A DNA stretch of 64,000 bases, from the NCBI GenBank assembly GCA_016192065.1, contig JACPUX010000010.1, positions 49,728 through 113,727 on the forward strand, given 5' to 3'. Each line of letters starts with the position of its first letter. The first letter of the stretch is position 1. Of the stretch, positions 10,203 to 17,911 are shown one piece after another. A program made the position numbers and the translations under genes. The stretch is from Betaproteobacteria bacterium (GTDB lineage Bacteria > Pseudomonadota > Gammaproteobacteria > Burkholderiales > Casimicrobiaceae). Under the pieces are notes generated by a model. It was not told the DNA's origin and searched no databases. It was given only the letters and a program-made list of their open reading frames with translations.

Positions 10203-10835
10203 TTACTTTGGCGAGATCAATGCGTACTGCACCAGGCTGATGAATGCGGCCAACACCATATGCGCTAAGCCCATGCCAAAGGCCGCCCATCCGCTGGTGC
10301 CACCTGCCACTTCGAGTTCGCGGAGTGCCTCCTGCGGCGGCGTATGCGCCAGTACCAGCGAAACTTGCTTTTGCGCATGGTTGCGATAAAGATGGTTACC
10401 GAGGAGCCCCCAGCACACCATCAAAGCCAACCCAAACGCCATCCAGAACCACGTGCCAATCTGCGTGGTAGTTTGCAGAAGGTAGATCAAGTTGGCTGCG
10501 ATGACATACAACGTGCAATAGAGATACATCTTGCGGTACGCCAACCAGAAAATGGTGAAGCAGCCAGCCATCCAGTTCCAGGTGGCTATCGTTCGCAAGT
10601 GGTCTCCGGTGCGCCACTTGCGCGCATAGTATTCATAGTTCGGGCCGACAAACGTCCGCAACGCCACCTCGTTTGTTAGGTCACGATTAGGCGTTGCGCC
10701 TGCTGTTTGGGTCGCGGCAAGCGCTACAACGGGCGGAGGCTGGATTGCTGCCGGTTGCGCAGCCGGCTTGCCGCAGGCGCCGCAGAACGCGGCGCCGCGT
10801 AGGACTTCAATGCCGCAATGAATGCAGAGGGCCAT
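10203..10835 (-). CDS. zinc-ribbon plus DUF2628-like membrane protein
   Basis: N-terminal CIHCG...CGACG zinc ribbon followed by 2-3 TM helices (WNWMAGCFTIFWLAY...). Confidence 0.55.
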   Translation of the reverse strand: MALCIHCGIEVLRGAAFCGACGKPAAQPAAIQPPPVVALAATQTAGATPNRDLTNEVALRTFVGPNYEYYARKWRTGDHLRTIATWNWMAGCFTIFWLAYRKMYLYCTLYVIAANLIYLLQTTTQIGTWFWMAFGLALMVCWGLLGNHLYRNHAQKQVSLVLAHTPPQEALRELEVAGGTSGWAAFGMGLAHMVLAAFISLVQYALISPK

Positions 10836-10965
10836 GTCGATATCCGAAAGTTTGATCGGGTATGCATGGTCTCATTTTGGTGCGACATTTCGTGTCGCAG
10901 CATTCAAGGCCCGACACTTCCTGGTACTTTGAGCGCAGGGAGCGCGGTTAGCAGCTACGTGCTTA

Positions 10966-11631
10966 CTATTTCAGACTTTCTAGCCACGAACTCGCGGAGA
11001 GCAGATGCGTTTCAGGTACCCACCGGCCCACTGCTCTTCTAACCGATCCAGATATCCCCAGAATCGCGGACACTTTTGGAAGGACTTCTTGGTTTTCATC
11101 TGAGAGCTGTACGGCTGTTTGGAAGAGCTTTGAGCCACACTTGTCGCCCTCCACGATAACCAAGGTAGGTTCCGCGTTAGCGCGCCGCAAATGCGCGTTG
11201 TTGGCAAGATGGTTCAGCGCCGACGGCGGCCATAAAGGCGAATCAGGCATTGAATGGACTTCGCGAACCTTTAAGAGCCCGATCACAAAACAGGTGCCAG
11301 GGGACACCGCCGGACCCTGAAATCCAGCGTAGAACACAAGATAGTCGCCGGCCGTCAATCTAAGCAGTTGAAGGCGTTTGGGATTGTTAGGCTCGCCGTA
11401 GGTGAAGGTGCCAAATTCGGGATCGAAGTGCGCTGGTTGGTCGCGGGAAACAAACTTGAGAAGCGAACCTCCAGAGCGAGCAGGTATATGACTGTACAGA
11501 ACAGCGCGCCCCGGAAGCAACGGTTTGCTTTCGGGGATAGGGACGTACTCGAAACAGCCGTCGGCATTGATCGGGGACAGGGTTCCTCCACATCCCCGAT
11601 CAATGCCAACTCGAAGGAACAATATCTTCAT
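10966..11631 (-). CDS. unknown-function protein P240, paralog of the next gene (start MKILFLRVGIDRGCGG, ATGA-coupled to upstream stop)
   Basis: ATG at 11631 overlaps TGA of the upstream gene (ATGA); shares an N-terminal beta-strand/Gly-loop motif [KR]V.xDRG... and a downstream GD..hhh.G motif with P261. Confidence 0.55.
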   Translation of the reverse strand: MKILFLRVGIDRGCGGTLSPINADGCFEYVPIPESKPLLPGRAVLYSHIPARSGGSLLKFVSRDQPAHFDPEFGTFTYGEPNNPKRLQLLRLTAGDYLVFYAGFQGPAVSPGTCFVIGLLKVREVHSMPDSPLWPPSALNHLANNAHLRRANAEPTLVIVEGDKCGSKLFQTAVQLSDENQEVLPKVSAILGISGSVRRAVGRWVPETHLLSASSWLESLK

Positions 11632-12413
11632 GGCTGGGAAATGTCTTCCTCGCCCGCCGCGTCCGACTCCTTCTCGCGATGTTGGCACTCACCGCATCGC
11701 GGGGACTCGTTGGGATTGCCAGGCCCATCGGCCGGTTGGCCAAGTATCCCGGAATTCTCAATATTCAGATTGCTAAGTGATGTGTTGAACCACTCCCGGA
11801 ACTTTTCCCTGAAACCCGCATTCGCGTTGGAACGGTGCCCCTGGCCTCTCGGGACTATCGCTTCTAGTTCGTTGGGCAACCGCGCATTGTAGCGGTCGCC
11901 ACGACCAAAATACCAGTACTGGCGGCCAATCAGGACTTTTTGCCCGTTAGTAACGTCTCTCTCAAAATCGTCCTCGCCATGACCAGACCACGATGGTAGA
12001 GGTGCCTGCTCATCTGTTGCACTCTTCCAAATACAATCGCCGGGGTTTCGCTCGCCCTGTGGCACCTTGGCTGTGAAGGACTGGTCGTTACTGCAGCGAG
12101 TGATATAGCATTCCCAGCATATTGCTTCCCCCACAACCATCAGATAGACAAGTCTGTTGGAATCATCTCCGCATCCAAACCCCGCTACAACATCGCCGGG
12201 TTGTGCAACACGCCGGATGATAGGCTTGCAAATGGCAAGCGTGCAAATTTTTCCAAAGGGGTTCGGCGCACTACCGCGGTCTGCCGCCACTTTGTACGTG
12301 AAAAGCCGATGATTCTTGAACTCCGGCAAACCGCCCATTTCCATTTTCTCCCGTTTTTTCCGCCGCATGCGGCATTCACTATCATCGAAAAGGACTAATC
12401 CTGTAGCGACCAA
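11628..12413 (-). CDS. unknown-function protein P261 (N-terminal motif FTYKVAADRGSAPNPFGKICTLAICKP; C-terminal CGECQH)
   Basis: 261-aa ORF overlapping both neighbours (operon); paralogous N-terminal region with P240. Confidence 0.55.
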   Translation of the reverse strand: MVATGLVLFDDSECRMRRKKREKMEMGGLPEFKNHRLFTYKVAADRGSAPNPFGKICTLAICKPIIRRVAQPGDVVAGFGCGDDSNRLVYLMVVGEAICWECYITRCSNDQSFTAKVPQGERNPGDCIWKSATDEQAPLPSWSGHGEDDFERDVTNGQKVLIGRQYWYFGRGDRYNARLPNELEAIVPRGQGHRSNANAGFREKFREWFNTSLSNLNIENSGILGQPADGPGNPNESPRCGECQHREKESDAAGEEDISQP

Positions 12414-13234
12414 TCCACCAAACTTGCCACTACGCGAGAGGCAGATTTTTCCTCGTTGTTCTGTGCAAAGAGATATCGCCGCTCATTATGCATCCCTCCC
12501 CGATCGCGCTCAACGGCCGGAACGCGCTCGAACCCCGTCCACGCCTGCGTGTACTCGGCCACCAAAAGAAACTCCGGGAAAACCCCGCATCGTTGCGCAA
12601 TTCTTTCCAGCAGACCGTCGCGGCCAAAGCGCTCGTAGTTACCGCCGAAGCCATGATCGACAAGCACTACCGCAAACGGTGGCCGCTGTTCATGGCCTTG
12701 GCAGAACAGTGCGTCGTAGCTGGCGATGCCGTCGGCGCCTAGAAACAGAATGGCGAGCCGCTTCGCGCCATGTTCTTCGGCAAGGTCCGGGTTTCTTTCG
12801 AGCACTTCCAGAAAACCAAAAGGTGCGTCCGCCACGCTGGCAAAATTCAGTGCGGAGGCGATGTTTAGTTCGTCGGGCGCGAGGTGGCTTCTCCAGCCAT
12901 TCGGAACGAGATCGCTTTCGCGCAATGGCACGCGGGCTAACCGGTGGTAACCGAGAAACCCGTGTTCCGGGTGCTCCAAAGTCTTTTCCAGTTCCGCCTG
13001 CGTGCGGCCATAGTCCACATAGACGAAGCAATGCGCAGCGTGCGCCGAGCCGAAGAGTTTGACCGGGTGGCCGTCGGTTCCGGAACCTGGGTAATAGACG
13101 ATGCGCGAGCTAAGGAATGCCTGGCGCGGAAAGGCATTTCCATTTGTGAATTGGGCGAGCCAGTCAGGCATCGCTTCGCGCTTCTCGCGTAGATATTCGC
13201 TTGGCGTCATGGTGTTCTCGCGTATGCGGGTCAT
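12395..13234 (-). CDS. unknown-function protein P279 (possible Rossmann-like G-loop VYYPGSGTDG)
   Basis: 279-aa ORF, 19-nt overlap with P261; weak similarity to a SAM-MTase motif I only. Confidence 0.5.
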   Translation of the reverse strand: MTRIRENTMTPSEYLREKREAMPDWLAQFTNGNAFPRQAFLSSRIVYYPGSGTDGHPVKLFGSAHAAHCFVYVDYGRTQAELEKTLEHPEHGFLGYHRLARVPLRESDLVPNGWRSHLAPDELNIASALNFASVADAPFGFLEVLERNPDLAEEHGAKRLAILFLGADGIASYDALFCQGHEQRPPFAVVLVDHGFGGNYERFGRDGLLERIAQRCGVFPEFLLVAEYTQAWTGFERVPAVERDRGGMHNERRYLFAQNNEEKSASRVVASLVDWSLQD

Positions 13235-13244
13235 ATCATTTTGG

Positions 13245-13310
13245 GTTCTTCTGGGTAATCAGCCCCATCCCCGCCTTCCCCCATCGAGGGGGAAGGAGTT
13301 GAGCCAGGGT
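13245..13310. repeat. GC-rich perfect hairpin CCTTCCCCC-ATCGA-GGGGGAAGG in intra-operon gap (REP-like)
   Basis: 9-bp perfect inverted repeat directly visible, no T-tract on either side. Confidence 0.5.
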
Positions 13311-13378
13311 GGAGCGACCGTCAGGCCCACACCAACGTCCATTAGGCGTCATTTTGAAGAAGAGGAACGTAACACAAT

Positions 13379-15556
13379 TCATCGAGGCCTCGCCGCCAAT
13401 GCGGTTTCCGGAACACCGCTCAAGAATCCGATGGTGGCTCGCCGCACATCGGGGCGTGCCGCTTGCTCGGCGCGCAGGCGGCCGATGAGATCTTCAAGGT
13501 CGCTCACGGGGCGCAGACGTGCTTGGCGGATGACCAGGGCAAAGTCGCCAGGTGTGAGCGGGCCTAGGCGCAGCACCCGGTCCCTGACCGCGACAATCCG
13601 GTCGAGGCCGAGCGTCTCGGCGGTATCTTGAAAGAGCAGCCAGGCCTGCTCTGGTCGGAGATAGTCGAAGCGGATCTTGCAATCGAAGCGCCGTAGCGAG
13701 GCAAGGTCGAATTGCTCGATCAGATTGGTGGAGGCGAGAAAGACGCCTTCGAAGTTTTCCATTTGCGTGAGCATTTCGTTGACCAGCGTCACTTCCCAGG
13801 ACCGCTGGGCATTGCCGCGTTGCTGCAGGAAGCTGTCGGCTTCGTCGAGCAGTAAGATCGCCTTCTCCTCGCGCGCTTCGGCAAACATGGCCGCGGCATT
13901 GTGCTCGTTTTCGCCCACCCATTTCGACAAGAGGTCCGAAGCGCGCCGCACCAGCAGGGGGCGATCCATGGTCTGCGCAAGATGCTGGGCAAAGGCGGTC
14001 TTGCCGGTTCCGGGCGGGCCATAGAAGCACAGGCGTCCGCTTTGCGCTCGTTGCAGCGTTTCGGCCATGCCGGCGATGTCGCAGTCGCAATTGAGTGCCT
14101 CGGGTCGATAGGTGGTAACCGACCTTGCCTGCACGCGCGGCTCGCGCGGCAAACCGAGCGCTTGCAGCGAATTGCCGATGGTGGTGCTGAGCGCGGCTTC
14201 GAGTTCCGCGCCCGGCCACTCCGCTAGGGCCGCATGCGCAATTTTCGCGGCCTTGGCCACGAGTGCTGGCACCAATTGCTCGTGCTCGGCGAAGCGACTC
14301 TTCCAGGTATCGGAAATGGCCAGACCGGCGAGTTCGTTGTCCAGCACCTGACGGCGCACGCATCGGGGTGGCGCATCCATGCGCAGCACAAAATCAAAAC
14401 GACGGCGCAAGGCGCGGTCCATCGACCAGACGTTGTTGCAGACCCAGATCGCGGGAACCGGATTCGTTTCGAGCTGGTTGATGAAAAAACCCTTGAGGTC
14501 GCTGCGTTTGCCCATCTCTTCGGGCGAGGCCTCTGCCGGTCGAAACACTTCATCGACCTCATCGAAGAAAAGCAAATGCGCTCCCGCTCGCTCCAGGAGC
14601 GCCTGGGCCAGGCGAAAGGCTCGCAAGCGCTGCGGGCTTTCAAGCGGAGCCCCCCAGCGAGTGAGCACCGCTACTTCAAACAGAGCGCTGCCTGCCTCGC
14701 GTGCAATCATCCGGGCAAATTCGGTCTTGCCGGTGCCGGGTTCGCCGTAGAGCAAAACGTTAACGCCGCGCCGGCGATCACGCAGTGCGGCACCGAAATA
14801 GGCCTTCAATACGGCAATCTCACGCGCAAGATGCGGGTAGTTTTGCGCGGCTAAAACGGGCGCCGGCGCGGCGGCAATGCGGCTTCGAAAAACCCGGAGC
14901 ACGTCGTCGCCGGGTTTGTTCGCGAGGTCGACCAGACTATCGATGACGCTGATGCAATCCAGAAACAGCTCTTTCCGGCGGCGCTCTTCGACAACACCAC
15001 TTCGGAAGAGCATTCCTTCCGGTGCCAACGCCTCCTGTATGCGTTGCTCGTCGATGGCCAGAGCGCAGGACAGAACCCGACTCGGAGGTATCATTTGCCA
15101 CGCTCGGCAGGAGAGAATACTCCATAGCGGGTCGCTATCTGCGGCCAGACGAAATTCAAGTATGGCTTGCTCGACCGGATCAAGTGCAAGGCGGGTGGCA
15201 AGCTGCTTGACCGGTTCGCCAAACTTGCAGTGCGTTGGCGTTTCCTTCTCCATTGCCTCTGCCTGCTGCCAATCCCTACGCATGCGGGCAATGATGGCAT
15301 CACGGTTGAAAGGGCCTTGCTCGGGGCTGCGGTCGATTTCATCGCCTAGGTCGAGCGCCCGCGCAACGGAGTCTTCGCGAAACTCTTTTTCCGTGATCAG
15401 CTGCTTGTAGTAACCGAGCCCAAGGAGCAAGCGATAAGCCCATAGCTTCGTCCGCGCGCAGGGCGTGACGCCGAGCGACATGCCCGGTTCCTCCGCCATG
15501 GGCAGTGCTTCACGCGTTGTGGGTTGTTTTGCGGCGGGATCGAGATCGGCGGGCAT
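13379..15556 (-). CDS. tandem AAA+ ATPase (two CbbX/SpoVK-like AAA modules)
   Basis: Two Walker A motifs (LLYGEPGTGKTEFARMIA and LCFYGPPGTGKTAFAQHLA), each followed by a Walker B-like segment (hhhFDEVDEVF and ILLLDEADSF); 725 aa. Confidence 0.85.
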   Translation of the reverse strand: MPADLDPAAKQPTTREALPMAEEPGMSLGVTPCARTKLWAYRLLLGLGYYKQLITEKEFREDSVARALDLGDEIDRSPEQGPFNRDAIIARMRRDWQQAEAMEKETPTHCKFGEPVKQLATRLALDPVEQAILEFRLAADSDPLWSILSCRAWQMIPPSRVLSCALAIDEQRIQEALAPEGMLFRSGVVEERRRKELFLDCISVIDSLVDLANKPGDDVLRVFRSRIAAAPAPVLAAQNYPHLAREIAVLKAYFGAALRDRRRGVNVLLYGEPGTGKTEFARMIAREAGSALFEVAVLTRWGAPLESPQRLRAFRLAQALLERAGAHLLFFDEVDEVFRPAEASPEEMGKRSDLKGFFINQLETNPVPAIWVCNNVWSMDRALRRRFDFVLRMDAPPRCVRRQVLDNELAGLAISDTWKSRFAEHEQLVPALVAKAAKIAHAALAEWPGAELEAALSTTIGNSLQALGLPREPRVQARSVTTYRPEALNCDCDIAGMAETLQRAQSGRLCFYGPPGTGKTAFAQHLAQTMDRPLLVRRASDLLSKWVGENEHNAAAMFAEAREEKAILLLDEADSFLQQRGNAQRSWEVTLVNEMLTQMENFEGVFLASTNLIEQFDLASLRRFDCKIRFDYLRPEQAWLLFQDTAETLGLDRIVAVRDRVLRLGPLTPGDFALVIRQARLRPVSDLEDLIGRLRAEQAARPDVRRATIGFLSGVPETALAARPR

Positions 15557-15743
15557 GGCGACACCAGAATGGAAAACGTTCGGGTGCCGATTGTAGGGGG
15601 TGCATGCGACACATTATGTCGCTTTAACTATTATTGCGGCTTTGCGAGCAGATCGACTTGCGGGTCTTGAAACGCATCTATACGATTCCGCGAGTAGAAC
15701 TCTGGCCTGGCAATGGCGCATTTTTTTCCGGATGGAGGCAATT

Positions 15744-16235
15744 ATGGATATTCACCTGAATTGGGTAGGCCCAATGTCGTTGGAGGCCGCTCACGAACTT
15801 TTGAACCAGGATGACGTCGGTTTGTATCAGTGGTATGGCGACCATCCGGTATATGGTGCCGAGACACTGCTCTACATCGGGATGGCCTTTGACCAAAGGT
15901 TAGGAGAAAGACTGGAGCAGGAGAACTGGGGAGAATGGATTCCTTCCACTCCGAGTCTTTATGTTGGGCGCGTTTGCACCGAGAACGGCAGCGCGCCAAA
16001 CAATGGAAGAACGATAGTTATGACCGCGGAAAAGGTTCTTTTATTCTCCCACAGCCCTGCGTTCAACTCGAGCAACCTAAACAATATCGACGGTGTGGCG
16101 CAAGATGTCCGCGTCCTCAATTGGGGGATGCGGAAGAGCTTATTGCCGGAAGTTAGCGTCTATCGGTGGGTGGCTGGCGGGCAGCATGGTCATCGGCTGC
16201 CGAATGGTTTATCTCCAGTTCAATGGTCAAATTGA
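15744..16235 (+). CDS. hypothetical protein, possible GIY-YIG-like nuclease fold (low GC)
   Basis: GGAGG RBS 5 nt upstream of ATG 15744; motif GLYQWYGDHPVYGAETLLYIGMAFDQRLGERLEQ resembles GIY...YIG...R...E but the spacing (15 aa) is atypical. Confidence 0.35.
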   Translation: MDIHLNWVGPMSLEAAHELLNQDDVGLYQWYGDHPVYGAETLLYIGMAFDQRLGERLEQENWGEWIPSTPSLYVGRVCTENGSAPNNGRTIVMTAEKVLLFSHSPAFNSSNLNNIDGVAQDVRVLNWGMRKSLLPEVSVYRWVAGGQHGHRLPNGLSPVQWSN

Positions 16236-16236
16236 G

Positions 16237-17091
16237 CTATATCTCGGGCGCATGCGTCAGGTGGTGCGACTTCGCGCCGAGTGGATTGAATGGCGGCATG
16301 AGCCTGTTTAGCGCCGCCACGGCCTCGTGGTTAGCGGCATCGATAATGTCTACCACGCTCGCATCCACGCCCATTCGTTGAACGATCGTCTCTAGCGGCA
16401 ACGCCAGCACCATCGGCGTCCAACTACGCAACATGTACAGGGCGGTGGCAGCAGCACTCGCGGCACATGCACCTTCAAAACGGAAGGGTAGCGCCACCAC
16501 TGCGGCCATGGGGATGCTGTTGGCTTGCGCGAGCCGAGTCAGTCGCAGTGCCAGGTGTGTCCCGGTACGCCGCCCCACACCGGCGCAGAGAAGCACATAC
16601 TCGCTTTCACAGACCAGCGCTTCCAGTTCGTTCTTGTTTTCCGCAACCACTCGCGAGACGCGCTCCGCATAGCGCATTGATTCCGGACACGCGTCTAGGT
16701 CGAGCAGCAGCTTCTTGTCCGCGCGGCGACGCGCCAGCGAATCACGGTCAGTATTGATGCAAACCGTTCGCACAGGTGGCGCACCGGGTTCCGCGAGGTA
16801 GCGTTCCATGATGTTGCCGCCCGCACCACCGAGACCAAACAGCGTAACGCTTGCGCCGGCCTTGGGCCCGCGCGATCCGGCATGGGCCAGCCAGGGAAAT
16901 GCGCCGAGGGCACTGGCGCAAACAGCGGCCCGGAGAAAACTTCGGCGTGGTAAGGCAGAATCGAGGATGGGAGCTTCCTTCAGGCTTCGCGCGCTCCGAT
17001 TGGCCAATATACTGGCTTCCCGGCGCGCTGGGGCGCGATGTGAGTGGTCCATGGCGAGGTCTCCTTCAACTGACAGACTTGGCGCCAGCAT
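16237..17091 (-). CDS. Tat-signal-bearing, degenerate FtsZ/tubulin-fold protein (N-terminal GTPase-domain homolog only)
   Basis: Tat motif LPRRSFLRAAV + h-region + AHA; then FGLGGAGGNIMERYL / CINTDRDSL / LLCAGVGRRTGTH / AVVALPFRFEG, aligning with FtsZ GVGGGGGNAV / AVNTDAQAL / IAAGMGGGTGTG / AVVTKPFNFEG; T3 loop deleted and T4 degenerate. Confidence 0.65.
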   Translation of the reverse strand: MLAPSLSVEGDLAMDHSHRAPARREASILANRSARSLKEAPILDSALPRRSFLRAAVCASALGAFPWLAHAGSRGPKAGASVTLFGLGGAGGNIMERYLAEPGAPPVRTVCINTDRDSLARRRADKKLLLDLDACPESMRYAERVSRVVAENKNELEALVCESEYVLLCAGVGRRTGTHLALRLTRLAQANSIPMAAVVALPFRFEGACAASAAATALYMLRSWTPMVLALPLETIVQRMGVDASVVDIIDAANHEAVAALNRLMPPFNPLGAKSHHLTHAPEI

Positions 17092-17661
17092 TCATGACAA
17101 TGCGCGGCGCAGGAAATTTTCGAACGAGGGCTTGTCTCGGGTCAAGCGCCAGACCAGGGGCACCAGCACGACAAGCCATAACATCCCGCTTTGGCGCTTG
17201 CGCTCGCGTTCGTGCGCGCTCTCGCCCGTCGGGTTAAGCATATCTTTTAGAGCGCCGATGAGGAATACCGCAAGTGTGAGTTTTGTCACCAGCGCGATGG
17301 CGAAGCGCCACGGCGATGGGTTGTCGACCGCGGTGCGAAACGAGAGCCCGAGCAGCGCAGCCGTTGCCCCTCCGAGGCAAACCAGTAGCAGCAAGCGAGA
17401 ATTGGAGAAGACAAGCGCACCCAGCAAAAACGCGGCAACCGCAAGCACCCAGCCATAATCCGCCGCATCACGAAACACGACAACGCGTTCACGTATGCCG
17501 AGCACGATTCCCGTCGAGACCATGATCAGCCAGCCCAGGATGAACCATTCGGTGGGCGATATTGGGCTTACCTCCACTGCGCCGCGCGCTCCCGCAGAGA
17601 CGAAAATCAGCGCCATGGTGCAAACGAGATTGGGCCAATTCAGAAACGGTTTCACATTCAC
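17092..17661 (-). CDS. small integral membrane protein (4-5 TM), immediately abuts the FtsZ-like gene
   Basis: Hydrophobic segments throughout; stop codon directly abuts the start of the FtsZ-like ORF. Confidence 0.5.
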   Translation of the reverse strand: MNVKPFLNWPNLVCTMALIFVSAGARGAVEVSPISPTEWFILGWLIMVSTGIVLGIRERVVVFRDAADYGWVLAVAAFLLGALVFSNSRLLLLVCLGGATAALLGLSFRTAVDNPSPWRFAIALVTKLTLAVFLIGALKDMLNPTGESAHERERKRQSGMLWLVVLVPLVWRLTRDKPSFENFLRRALS

Positions 17662-17911
17662 ATCCTCCTATCTGCACTTTCACCGGCGCTGCGACTGCCA
17701 TCGCGTCGCCGCGTAAGAGTCGCTACCTCGACTATGAATGATGCATGCGACAAGATGCGTCGCATGAAGGAGGATGTGTTCTTGCTGCTGGCCACAACTT
17801 GGTGACGCATTGCCCGACGGACTGTATTTGTCTGCCTGACAAGCCGCAATTGGTGCCGCAATTGGCGCGGCTTACTGCGTGGGGCAACGCACTGGCAGGC
17901 GGGTTGAGCGG

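Noticed and set aside
13379-15556. McrBC-like or BrxC-like ATPase assignment for the tandem AAA protein
   Set aside because: McrB is a GTPase with a different motif set and needs McrC. BrxC is much larger (about 1200 aa). The motifs here are classic CbbX/SpoVK-type AAA, so I left it as generic tandem AAA+.
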